This document shows positions 51,225 to 60,950 of a stretch of 64,000 nucleotides of DNA, one piece after another; position 1 is the stretch's first letter; every line of letters starts with the position of its first letter. A program made the translations under genes and the position numbers. The notes beneath the pieces were generated by a model. It saw only the letters and a list, made by a program, of their open reading frames with translations. It did not search any database and was not told where the DNA came from. Source of the stretch: an uncultured cyanobacterium (GTDB taxonomy: Bacteria; Cyanobacteriota; Cyanobacteriia; Cyanobacteriales; CAWUOF01); NCBI GenBank assembly GCA_963744145.1, contig CAVUSO010000001.1:1312001-1376000 (forward strand). The letters are read 5' to 3'.

Positions 51225-51362
51225 ATGACCAGCAAGAATCCCGGAAATGAACCAATTTCCTATCCAATTTTTACCGTCAGATGGCTGGCAGTTCATACTT
51301 TAGGAGTGCCCACTATCTTCTTTTTAGGCGCGATCGCCGCTATGCAATTTATTCAACGATAG
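51225..51362 (+). CDS. psbF: cytochrome b559 beta subunit
   Basis: hand translation [45 protein letters not shown]. Confidence 0.97.
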   Translation: MTSKNPGNEPISYPIFTVRWLAVHTLGVPTIFFLGAIAAMQFIQR

Positions 51363-51374
51363 GAGATCGTTTTT

Positions 51375-51497
51375 ATGCCAGCTCGTGCTCCCAATCCCAA
51401 TGAACAACCCGTGGAACTAAATCGGACTTCCCTATATTTAGGGCTACTCCTGGTTTTTGTTTTGGGTATTCTGTTTTCCAGTTACTTCTTTAACTAA
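51375..51497 (+). CDS. psbL: photosystem II protein L
   Basis: hand translation [40 protein letters not shown]. Confidence 0.97.
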   Translation: MPARAPNPNEQPVELNRTSLYLGLLLVFVLGILFSSYFFN

Positions 51498-51552
51498 CTG
51501 GTTTTAATTGCAACTAACAATCTGATTTTTAGCATAAGGAGGAAAAAATACT

Positions 51553-51672
51553 GTGGCTAATTCTGGCAGAATTCCTTTGTGGGTTGTCGCAACTGTCGCT
51601 GGTTTAGGTGTAATTACCGTTGTCGGTCTTTTCTTCTACGGTGCTTACGTTGGACTAGGTTCATCTCTGTAA
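51553..51672 (+). CDS. psbJ: photosystem II protein J
   Basis: GTG start; [39 protein letters not shown]. Confidence 0.96.
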   Translation: MANSGRIPLWVVATVAGLGVITVVGLFFYGAYVGLGSSL

Positions 51673-51695
51673 ATCTCGGTTAATCTGGATGTGCC

Positions 51696-51734
51696 AAAAA
51701 AAACCGCTTGTCTGATTTAGACAAGTGGTTTTTT
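51696..51734. terminator. bidirectional terminator after psbJ
   Basis: A-tract CCGCTTGTCT-GATTT-AGACAAGTGG T-tract. Confidence 0.8.
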
Positions 51735-51979
51735 AATTAAATCTGGGTTCTCGTTCACTGGTGGAAGTTTAAGCGTCGCTCTCAATATGAATAAACAAGA
51801 GCGCCATTGTTACCAAAGGAAAAACCCAGACAACGATCGGAGTGAAGATTCCAGGTAAGAAAGAAGCTGCCATAGTAAATTTTCCTATCTTGATTTGACG
51901 GAACTCTTAAGCACTTTAGCTGGGAATGAGTCCAAATTTGCGGAATGATCAAAATTTTTAACAAATATCAAAAATTCAC

Positions 51980-53986
51980 CTACACTAAAGGCAAGGTGGG
52001 CGGCGCAGGTGGCCCAATTTTGCGGCGGACGGTGACTTTATAACTCTCGCTTTGGGTGGTAATTTCGATCGCGATCGCTTCAAATTGGACTTCAATTGTA
52101 CCATAAGGAATGATGATCATCTCCTGGGCTACCATCTGTCCCCGTCCAGTCGTAGTAAAATCCATTAACCAGCGCGGTTCAGTCAATAGGGAACGACTTT
52201 GGCAATCTTGTAACCATAACTTAACACAAGTGGGATTGGGTAAAGGCTCAGGTAGTTTTACTTTAATCGCGATCGCTTTTCCAGCTATTAATTCTCCTTC
52301 TGGCACTTCTAATATTGGTGTAGGAATAGATTCTGATTTAATTGCTTTTATTTCGGGTTTGACTACTTTAGGTTTGTTTGGAAAAATCACCAATTCATCA
52401 TCAATTACCACTTCTTGTTCTTCGGAATTAATCACTGGTTGGGGTGGTTTTTTCCAGATTTGCTCAACCTCTGTTTCCTGATCTAATTCCATCGGAATTT
52501 CTGCGGCTGAAAAATGGGTTTGTAACCACACCGATAACTCTTCATCACTAGCTAATGAATTCAACCGTGATAAAAATCGATCTTGGAGATGTAAAGATTC
52601 AAAAGCTTCCTCAATCGGAGACTCTTGCTCATGTTCAGTTGCGGGATTATAAAGATCAGACAACTCTAAAGCATGATTTTCTTGACTGATTGCTTCTTCA
52701 ATTTGAGTCTGTAAATCATCATGATTAACTAACTCTAATTCCCTCATCTCATCGACTGGCAAATTTTCCGGTTCTGGTGGAAAAATCACCGATTTTGGTA
52801 AATCTATCGGAGCTGGTTCATTGACCGATGGAGTTTTCGCTGTGGTTGATGAACTACTTTCAGACCAAGCAAATAATGACCGATGCTGAACATTAATCAG
52901 TCTTGGTAATTGAGGAGATTTTTGGTTTGATTTCGGTACAACTGGTGGAGATTTAGTCTTGGGTTTTGGTGGTAATGGTGGATCAAGGATCGGTGGAATC
53001 GCTGGATTGAAGGAAGGTTGAAACTGAATTGATGGTGGAGTTTGTGGTTTACTGATAATATTCAGAAAATTCAGATTTAATTCCTTGTGGTTGAGGGCTT
53101 CTCTGGTATGATATAAAAGGTCTTCTTCTCTCACATCACTCTTAATTGACCCCAATAATTCATCTAAATTAGCTGCGATCGTAAACGGTTGACTAGCTTG
53201 TTCAAGTGAGTTTGAGTCAGTAAAAACAACTTCCCCTAAAATTAAACGTGTGGGACAATCAACCGGAAGAGAAATTGGACAAGCAAAACGAGCTGGTGCT
53301 ACTTGTTCCCTGATCGGTACTCGAACAGTATCTAATACCTTGGCATTTTCTGGATCACGTAGACAAATTTCTAATTCCCCCAGACCAATATTTCTCAAAT
53401 TGACTTTATGATCTGTGCTACCAGAAAGCTCTCGTAGATCAAGAATATCGATTTGTCCAGCAATAGTTAAAGATTGTCCTTTTCCCGCTATATATGTTTC
53501 TTGCTCTAAGCTAATTAATAAGGTAATTTGAGGACGATTTGCTGGTAATCTCTCGGTCGAGAGAACATCAGGAGCAGAGCTACTAAAATCAGGAGTTAAT
53601 TCTTCTGGTTGGGTTTCTTCCTGGTTAAGTGGACTAGAGCTAGGTAAAACTTGCAGATTGAGAGAGTATTCCCACTTTTCCCCCCATAAATCTGTATTTA
53701 AGTCTCCTTGACATTTTAGTTGCCAATTACCTGATTTTAAGTAGGTATAAGGGAAAAGAACCATTAATCCGTCTTGATTAGTACGTCGCGATCGCTTTTG
53801 TCCCATAATTTTGGGTGGGACTTCATCGGTTTGGTAACTGATGTCAATGTCCACCTTGGTATTAGCTCGGTTGGAGCGGACCACCATCCGATACTGACCC
53901 TCGGTCAGTTCAACTTTGGATGATTTGAGCGGTTTCCAGGTGCGTTCACCTTCTTTCTGGATCAGAAATTCCCAATATTTCATCAC
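51980..53986 (-). CDS. hypothetical protein (Pro/Glu-rich centre)
   Basis: 668-aa ORF; YWEFLIQKEGERTW N-terminus, VKLWLQDCQSRSLL C-terminal domain. Confidence 0.75.
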   Translation of the reverse strand: MMKYWEFLIQKEGERTWKPLKSSKVELTEGQYRMVVRSNRANTKVDIDISYQTDEVPPKIMGQKRSRRTNQDGLMVLFPYTYLKSGNWQLKCQGDLNTDLWGEKWEYSLNLQVLPSSSPLNQEETQPEELTPDFSSSAPDVLSTERLPANRPQITLLISLEQETYIAGKGQSLTIAGQIDILDLRELSGSTDHKVNLRNIGLGELEICLRDPENAKVLDTVRVPIREQVAPARFACPISLPVDCPTRLILGEVVFTDSNSLEQASQPFTIAANLDELLGSIKSDVREEDLLYHTREALNHKELNLNFLNIISKPQTPPSIQFQPSFNPAIPPILDPPLPPKPKTKSPPVVPKSNQKSPQLPRLINVQHRSLFAWSESSSSTTAKTPSVNEPAPIDLPKSVIFPPEPENLPVDEMRELELVNHDDLQTQIEEAISQENHALELSDLYNPATEHEQESPIEEAFESLHLQDRFLSRLNSLASDEELSVWLQTHFSAAEIPMELDQETEVEQIWKKPPQPVINSEEQEVVIDDELVIFPNKPKVVKPEIKAIKSESIPTPILEVPEGELIAGKAIAIKVKLPEPLPNPTCVKLWLQDCQSRSLLTEPRWLMDFTTTGRGQMVAQEMIIIPYGTIEVQFEAIAIEITTQSESYKVTVRRKIGPPAPPTLPLV

Positions 53987-54437
53987 TAGCTACAAAAATA
54001 ATACTAATTGGCAATAGAAAACTTTTTAGCTAGTTTAACGCAATTGGATGGCTAAGTAGGATCGGGATGGTTGGGTTGGGTTGGGGACATTAACAGTTGG
54101 GGATGGGATGAGCTGATGATTCAGAAAAATAAAAGCGCGATCGCACTTTTTGAGGATGAGCAATATTAATCAATCAACTTAAAATTTTGGTAAAGTTTAC
54201 GGTTGACTAGATTAAGCTTAAGTGAAGGTTATTTTAGTTAGATTTGGCTAAAAATTAAAAAAATATAACAGAAATAAATATCTTAGTGGAGTTGACTGTA
54301 AAGACTAGAAATTTAAGTGAAGTTTACTGGAAGTAGCGCAAGTTAAATAAAGCTTAAGTTTACTGAAACTAGATTGACATGAAAAGGGATTGAGGAAATA
54401 ATTAATCCTCAGAGGATAAATTTATGAAAGTAAACCA

Positions 54438-54659
54438 ATGAAAAATAGTAAGAAAGAGTTTGAACTCAGTTACAACAGTAAGGAAGAATTCCAAATGAAA
54501 TTGAACTGGGATGATTGTGGAGACTGTTTGCTAGAAGGGAGAGAGGTAATATTATGCAAATCTGTATGTGTGCGGAATCGGAATTACTTACTCAGTCGAA
54601 TTCTCAAAAATCCCAAAGATGTTAATTTGATCAGACACAGCTATTGTCCGACCGACTAG
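54438..54659 (+). CDS. small Cys-containing hypothetical protein
   Basis: 73-aa ORF in an intergenic gap; no motif. Confidence 0.3.
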   Translation: MKNSKKEFELSYNSKEEFQMKLNWDDCGDCLLEGREVILCKSVCVRNRNYLLSRILKNPKDVNLIRHSYCPTD

Positions 54660-54739
54660 GGTGTTTTTCTAGTGGAACGAGTTAAAAAAGGAGTCAGAAA
54701 ATTATCTAACTCCAATATTTCTAAACTTAAAAACCTACT

Positions 54740-56485
54740 TTACTTAGCAGGTTTTGGTGCTTGAGCTTTTTTCATATTCTCCACACTAATTCCCAGCACC
54801 CAGACAGTAACTAAGATAACTCCTAAGACTTGGTAAGTTACCAAAGACTCGTTAATGAGCACCAAAGCCATAATTGCGGTTAAAGCTGGACCACTAGCCC
54901 CCACAACTGAAGCTAAAGCTGGACCAATCAAGGGCACCCCAAAATTATTGAGGAGATAACCGACTAAAGTTGTCATAGCCATAACTGCTACCCCACAGGA
55001 CAGAGGTATCCACATGGTTGGGTCTACGTTATATCTCAATCCAGGTAAAACTGAACTAGACAGAAGAGTCACACCAGACAAAAATAAGATCGTGGTGAAA
55101 TTAACCACACTAAAGGGAGCCGGGTGCATTTTTGCCAATTTAATCAAGATGACATAGACCGCAAAAGCCACACCTGATGCAGCGGCAGTAGCTGCTCCTA
55201 AACCAATATTACCTGTTGATTGGACAGTAAAACCAGAAGTAGGAATGGTGAGATAGCCACCAATATAAATCGTGATCGCGGCTAATACCAACAAAAAAGT
55301 TGGGCGATCGCCAAAAATTGCCCATGCTAACAAAATAGTTATGGTGGGATAAACAAAGAAAATCGTCGTTGCTACACCAGTTGCCACATTTCCTAGGGCA
55401 ATATAGATAAAAAACTGGGATAAAAACAGGAAGAACCCACTACCAATCACACTGTAAAGTTTGATCCGGTTTTCAGTTTTGAGCAAAGACCGAATATCTC
55501 GCCAAGTATGAGGATAAATGCGTGGTGCAACGATAAAAGCCATCACTGGTGCGACCATTGCCAAACGCATGACCAAAATTAACAAGGAATTACCAGCACT
55601 TGGAGAAATGAATCCACCAAGTTTCCCTAAACCCAAAATAACTTTCTCTCGCAACACTACTCGAGTAACTACATTTTGGAAGGAAATAATGATCGAAGAA
55701 AACAAGATCAGTAACAAACCTCGATTAAAAGCATTAGTTTGAGGTGCAGTAGCGGTCGTCGGTGGGGGTGGAGTGGGACTGGGAGGACTCGGTGGAACAC
55801 TTGCGGGTGTTTCGCGATCGAGAACGCGTCCCCCTGAACTTTCTGGGTAGACGACCAAACGATTCAGACTACCATTAACCTCGACTTGAATTTGGGAAAT
55901 GAGACGACTAACCAGGGTTTCTAAAATCATCTCACCTTGTTTTTCCAGACTGTGCATCCGACCCAGCTGTTGAGACAAGGCACTTTGATAGCTGCTCAGT
56001 TCTTGTTCTAGAGTTCTAAAAGTAGTGTTCAGAGTAGCATCTAAAGAATTGAGGAGACGATAAGCATCTTCGTTATAGTTCTTCCCAGGGGAAATTTGGG
56101 GCAAACTCGGACTAGCACCAATGCTAGCAAAAGGCTGAACTGAAGCAGCATTAATTTCGTCAATCCTTTCGAGGAGTCGTTCTTGCAGATGACTGGCCAT
56201 GACTTGGGCCAATTGTTTGATCCAACGTTGTTGCTGAACCATCTGCTGTTGGGACAAAGATTCCATCTGCTGCGCTTGCAGTTGTCGATATTGAACTCGG
56301 AGACTTTCAATATCCTCAATTAGCAGCGATTTTTCAGTACGAAGACGGGAGATATCCTGAGCTAACTGGACGTTCAAATCTTGCTGTAGACGTTTCAGCT
56401 CCTCGGTTACTGCCCGGAGCGCATCTTGTGCTGCTCTGGGATCTCCTGCTCCATAATTTTCTGGTTGATTGTCCAGTTGAGCCAT
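54740..56485 (-). CDS. sepJ: SepJ/FraG-like septal protein (coiled coil, short Pro linker, EamA/DME permease)
   Basis: N-terminal coiled coil with SLDATLNTTFRTLEQELSSYQSALSQQLGRMHSLEKQGE, PPSPPSPTPPPP linker, ~10 TM segments. Confidence 0.75.
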   Translation of the reverse strand: MAQLDNQPENYGAGDPRAAQDALRAVTEELKRLQQDLNVQLAQDISRLRTEKSLLIEDIESLRVQYRQLQAQQMESLSQQQMVQQQRWIKQLAQVMASHLQERLLERIDEINAASVQPFASIGASPSLPQISPGKNYNEDAYRLLNSLDATLNTTFRTLEQELSSYQSALSQQLGRMHSLEKQGEMILETLVSRLISQIQVEVNGSLNRLVVYPESSGGRVLDRETPASVPPSPPSPTPPPPTTATAPQTNAFNRGLLLILFSSIIISFQNVVTRVVLREKVILGLGKLGGFISPSAGNSLLILVMRLAMVAPVMAFIVAPRIYPHTWRDIRSLLKTENRIKLYSVIGSGFFLFLSQFFIYIALGNVATGVATTIFFVYPTITILLAWAIFGDRPTFLLVLAAITIYIGGYLTIPTSGFTVQSTGNIGLGAATAAASGVAFAVYVILIKLAKMHPAPFSVVNFTTILFLSGVTLLSSSVLPGLRYNVDPTMWIPLSCGVAVMAMTTLVGYLLNNFGVPLIGPALASVVGASGPALTAIMALVLINESLVTYQVLGVILVTVWVLGISVENMKKAQAPKPAK

Positions 56486-56943
56486 TAGTATCTAACCTCT
56501 AGCTGTATAGAATTTATCTTGATGCTGTTGGGCATCTGGGATGCTTTGTGCCCTGAATACTTTTTCAATTTGACCTAACCGATCAACAGCCTAAAAATTT
56601 AAGTTTCGGTAAAGGAAAATTTAATAAAGGCTAAACCGTTTAGGGTCATTTTAGCTAAGACACCCTAGTATTGCCCAACAATGGTGCCATGATCAGGCAA
56701 TGATAACAATGAGATTATAAGGATTATAAGACTGACAATTATTTTTCAGGCATCTTTTCTAATTTTTGGCTTTTCTCGCGGGGAATTTTACTAATCCAGG
56801 CCAAAATAGAATCAGCCGATCCAATTTATTAAGGAAGTTGTCCATCAGGAGATTTACCAAGCAAGTTAGCCAGTAGCATAGGTGAAATATCAGGAAATAT
56901 CTGAAAAATAGGTACTCCTAGAAATTAAGGGAAGGCTCGGATA

Positions 56944-58302
56944 ATGGGACGAATTTTTCTTTCAGCGGGTCATGGTGGTTTAGAAAATGGCGTCATTGAT
57001 CCAGGGACAATTGCCGGAGGGACAACAGAAGCGAAGGAAATGATCCAGCTTCGAGATTTGGTCGTGAGTGAGTTGCGATCGCGAGCTGTGGAAGTCTTAG
57101 CGATTCCTGATGATCTGAGTTTGGCACAAACCATTAATTGGATCAATGCTCGTGCTGGGAATACAGATGTCGCGATCAAACTCCAGACTGATTCCTATTC
57201 CAATCCTTCAGTGCGAGGAGCTAGCGTTTACTATATTGCCAATAATGCTCAACGTCAAAGCGATGCGGATACTTTACTATTAGCTCTGTTGCGACGGGTG
57301 CCCCAATTACCCAGTCGTGGGAGTAAACCAGATACAGCAACTGGTGTCGGTAGTTTGGCTTTTTGTCGTCAGATTGCAGCTGCTTCATTACTGCTCGAAG
57401 TTGGTTTTCTCACTAATCCTGATGATCGAGCTTTGCTCCAAAGTCGTCGTCGCGATTTTGCGGTTGGGATTGCTGAAGGTTTACAAGCTTGGTTGGGGAG
57501 AGTAAATGCTCCGGGTGGGGAAACTGATCCCAGCGCAACTACCTATCCACCCATTGACATCAATGTTAATGGTCAAATTTACGACGAAAAAGGAATCTTA
57601 ATTAGTGGTAATTCTTACATTCCTATTGATTTAGTCGATCGCTTCAAAATTGATCTGTCTAAATCAACCAATGTGCGTCGCATTAATTACAAAAATGTTG
57701 TTTACATCAAAGCTATTGAATTACGAGCATTTCATGTTTCGATTAGTTGGGATCATCCCAGTCACACGGTTTTGTTACGCTCAATTTTGCCAATTTGCCC
57801 TGGTATTATAGATCAAATTATGGGGAATGGTCATACTACTGAAGTTCAGCTTCAGATGTTTTTGCGAGCTAATAATGAAGCCGGACTCAACCAATTTCCT
57901 GATATCGCTAAACTCTATCGGGAAGAAGGCACTATTGAAGGTGTTAACTATGATATTGCCTTTTGTCAAATGTGTTTAGAGACGACCTTTTTACACTTTA
58001 GTGCTGATCTCAAATCTAGTCAAAATAATTTTGCTGCTTTGGGTTCAATTGGTGGTAGCTCAGAAAGTGCGTCTTTTCCTAGTGCTAGAATTGGAGTGAG
58101 GGCACATATTCAACAATTGAAAGCTTATGCTAGCACAGAACCTTTAGTCCAAGAACTGGTTGCTCCTCGGTTTCGGTTTGTGACTAGGGGAATTGCTCCT
58201 TTAGTGGAACAATTAGGTGGACGTTGGTCTACTGATTTACAGTATGGTAATAAAATCATGTCCTTAGTCAAACGACTGTACGAATCAAGTGGATTGTTAT
58301 AG
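56944..58302 (+). CDS. tftA: N-acetylmuramoyl-L-alanine amidase with C-terminal glucosaminidase-like domain (TftA-like)
   Basis: MGRIFLSAGHGG, TTEAKEM, LLEVGFLTN; DIAFCQMCLET, AHIQQLKAYAS, LGGRWS. Confidence 0.7.
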   Translation: MGRIFLSAGHGGLENGVIDPGTIAGGTTEAKEMIQLRDLVVSELRSRAVEVLAIPDDLSLAQTINWINARAGNTDVAIKLQTDSYSNPSVRGASVYYIANNAQRQSDADTLLLALLRRVPQLPSRGSKPDTATGVGSLAFCRQIAAASLLLEVGFLTNPDDRALLQSRRRDFAVGIAEGLQAWLGRVNAPGGETDPSATTYPPIDINVNGQIYDEKGILISGNSYIPIDLVDRFKIDLSKSTNVRRINYKNVVYIKAIELRAFHVSISWDHPSHTVLLRSILPICPGIIDQIMGNGHTTEVQLQMFLRANNEAGLNQFPDIAKLYREEGTIEGVNYDIAFCQMCLETTFLHFSADLKSSQNNFAALGSIGGSSESASFPSARIGVRAHIQQLKAYASTEPLVQELVAPRFRFVTRGIAPLVEQLGGRWSTDLQYGNKIMSLVKRLYESSGLL

Positions 58303-58352
58303 TCGTTGAGCTTAATCGGGTGTCGGGGTTAAAACCTGACACCTGAAGCTAA

Positions 58353-59129
58353 TTAAACTTGTTTGAAAAAGCGAATTATTTCACGTATATGGTCAAGAAA
58401 TTGACCGTCTGTGGTTAATTGGGCGATCGCATTTTTTGCTTCTCTAGTTAATTGTTCATGTTCCGCTTGATTAGTGATTCGCAGTTGTTCTCCCGTGGCT
58501 GCTATTCTAGTTAAATCATTACGAATTGCTTCTAATTGACGTTGTTCATTCGCAATCCAAGAAGTTGGATCTTCTGGGTTAAGTTGAGTTGCAATTTGGT
58601 TAACTTTTTCTTCTAAATTGCTCACTCGATCGCGGAGTTCTATGATGTCTTCCCGGGGATATTTTAATTCCTGACGAATCATTGCTAATCGCTGGGCTAA
58701 ATATTCATAACCCCGAATCGCTGGACGCAAAATTGTCAGTAGTAATGCTGCACCAGAACTAATATATCCAACTTTACTAATACCTGCGATCGCTAGACTA
58801 TATAATCCAATTGTGGAAATCAGATGGAGGGCGATCGCGGCGAAGAGCGATCGTTGTGCTAACATTTTGACATATTTGATTTGTTTTTGCTCGACTGGAA
58901 TTCCTTTTTCGATCGACTGGTTTGCTGTTGCTAATACTTCTTTAGCTTCAAAATGAATATTCCACGGTACAGTGACGATGATCAGTAACCACCAAAAACT
59001 AGCACCACCGATCATCCAATCGAGAAAGTTACCTGTGGGCACCTGTAACCATTTTAGCAATCCAAATGTTACTAAAGTCAAAGTTATTAATCCGATCGTT
59101 AAATTGGTGAACAATCTCAAGGAAGACAT
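58353..59129 (-). CDS. hypothetical membrane protein with C-terminal coiled coil
   Basis: ~4 TM segments, TVPWNIHF, EIIRFFK. Confidence 0.75.
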   Translation of the reverse strand: MSSLRLFTNLTIGLITLTLVTFGLLKWLQVPTGNFLDWMIGGASFWWLLIIVTVPWNIHFEAKEVLATANQSIEKGIPVEQKQIKYVKMLAQRSLFAAIALHLISTIGLYSLAIAGISKVGYISSGAALLLTILRPAIRGYEYLAQRLAMIRQELKYPREDIIELRDRVSNLEEKVNQIATQLNPEDPTSWIANEQRQLEAIRNDLTRIAATGEQLRITNQAEHEQLTREAKNAIAQLTTDGQFLDHIREIIRFFKQV

Positions 59130-59151
59130 TACTTCTACCTTTGTTAAAAGT

Positions 59152-59479
59152 GGTTCAGTTAACTGTAGGGGCGTTCGCCCAGTCTGCGCTGAGATCTCCC
59201 AAAAAAAAATTCTTAACTGAATGTATTTTAATACATAAGACCTCTTGCAAAAGTCATGTTGAGCAATTTACTGGACAGGCAAGATGCCTGTCCCACAACC
59301 AAAAAAACTCTTGTGGGACAGGCATCTTGCCTGTCCTAGTTATTTTTGCAAGAAGTCTATAGTTGATCTGTTGGTTGCATAGGTGGTGAGGGCAAAGCAT
59401 TTCGGTAATATTATTTTTCGCTGAAGCCATCATTTATTCGCCGAAATGCTTTGCCCCTACAATTAACTGAACCGTATTG
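59152..59479. mobile_element. non-autonomous repeat (GGTTCAGTTAA … TTAACTGAACCGTATTG) containing a nested MITE
   Basis: homologous to 47345-47510. Confidence 0.75.
59238..59358. mobile_element. nested 121-bp MITE, TIR AGACCTCTTGCAAAA, 3-bp ATA duplication
   Basis: absent from the 47345 copy; degenerate second copy at ~62565-62660. Confidence 0.8.
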
Positions 59480-59767
59480 GACTATCAAGCAGACTAGATT
59501 TTGCGATTATCCTAAAAATGGGCTTATATATCTGATCTTTGGACAAAATTACTAGCGTTGCTTTACCAAAGCTTTAAGATTTGATGGAAAAACTTCGCTT
59601 AAACAAAGTATAAATACCTCCAGATTTAATTTACAGTTATTATGTTCCGGAAAAAACACAGTTAAAAGTATTAAGTCACCAAATTTTTGGACAGGCTTTT
59701 CCCAAGTCCTGAAAGTTATTCTTTTGATTACTTTTTCCAGCAATAAGTAACTAAATAAATTATCAGT

Positions 59768-60028
59768 ATGTATGGTATTAATCAGACGGTGACCAGGTAT
59801 ATGCCCAATATTTCCAACAATGGTGATCAAGAATTAGAAACCACGAGCGAAGATTTATTAACCAAAAGTATGGCATTACGAGAAAAATGTCAAGTCTTAA
59901 TAGATCGGAGTCAGGATTTATTAGCAAAGAATGAGATCATGAAAAATGAATTAATCAAAGCAAAACAACGTCTAGGAGTAATAAATAGTTATGAGGATGA
60001 TGATGATGACTCGGAAAATACGCAATAA
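59768..60028 (+). CDS. small coiled-coil hypothetical protein
   Basis: 86 aa, acidic tail. Confidence 0.5.
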   Translation: MYGINQTVTRYMPNISNNGDQELETTSEDLLTKSMALREKCQVLIDRSQDLLAKNEIMKNELIKAKQRLGVINSYEDDDDDSENTQ

Positions 60029-60045
60029 AGAACCTTGATTTGATG

Positions 60046-60921
60046 TTAACGATGAAGAATCTGGGAAATCATCTGGTTAGCTTGATTTGCATAACCACCA
60101 CCAAATAAATTAAAGTGATTGAGAATATGGTAAAGATTATAGAGAGATTTGCGTCTTTCATAGCCTGGATCTAAAGACCAGGAATTGTGATAGCTGCGAT
60201 AAAATGCTGAGGGAAAACCACCAAAGAGTTCTGTCATTGCTAAGTCAACTTCCCGATCGCCAAAATAGTTAGCAGGATCAAAAATTATCGGTTCTCCAGA
60301 TACTGTAATTGCTGCATTTCCACCCCACAGATCACCATGAACTAGCGCAGGTTGGGGTTGGTGTTCTTCGAGTAACTCTTTGATTTTAACTAACAAAAGA
60401 TCAGCTTCAGGAAAATATCCACCTTTACGTTTGGCTAATTTTAACTGATAACCAATGCGGGATTCTGTCCAAAAATCAGCCCAATTATTGTTCCAAGTAT
60501 TAATTTGTAGTGTTGAACCGATCGTATTGTTCTGATCCCAACCGAAACGATGAGCAGATTCGTGCTGGTGCATCATTGCTAATTGATGTCCCATTTCTGA
60601 CCATGCGCGATCGCTCTGGGACTTACCAAAATCAATCCATTCTAACACTAAATAAGCATAATCTCCCGCGACCCCCGTACAAATGGGTTGAGGAACCCGG
60701 ATGGTCCGGGTTTGACCCATTGCTTGTAAACCTTGGAATTCTGCGGTAAACATCGACAGATCAGCGGTACGATTTAGCTTAACAAAATATTTTGATTGGG
60801 AATTAGCTAAACAATACCCCTGGTTAATACAACCACCACTAACCGAGTGACGTTCTTGAGTCTCAAATTTTTGACCAGTAACTTGACTAATCTGGATGTC
60901 TATTTCTGTCCACATGAGCAA
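60046..60921 (-). CDS. fructosamine kinase family protein
   Basis: SGGCIN, FVKLN, LVHGDLWGGN, FDPA, DREVDLAMTELFGGF. Confidence 0.93.
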   Translation of the reverse strand: MLMWTEIDIQISQVTGQKFETQERHSVSGGCINQGYCLANSQSKYFVKLNRTADLSMFTAEFQGLQAMGQTRTIRVPQPICTGVAGDYAYLVLEWIDFGKSQSDRAWSEMGHQLAMMHQHESAHRFGWDQNNTIGSTLQINTWNNNWADFWTESRIGYQLKLAKRKGGYFPEADLLLVKIKELLEEHQPQPALVHGDLWGGNAAITVSGEPIIFDPANYFGDREVDLAMTELFGGFPSAFYRSYHNSWSLDPGYERRKSLYNLYHILNHFNLFGGGYANQANQMISQILHR

Positions 60922-60950
60922 TCAGTAATTTCTTGTCGCACTAAAAATTA

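Noticed and set aside
59141..59362. 73-aa ORF (similarly 47452-47724, 62638-62838)
   Set aside because: Read through MITE/REP or antisense DNA; unlikely to be genes.
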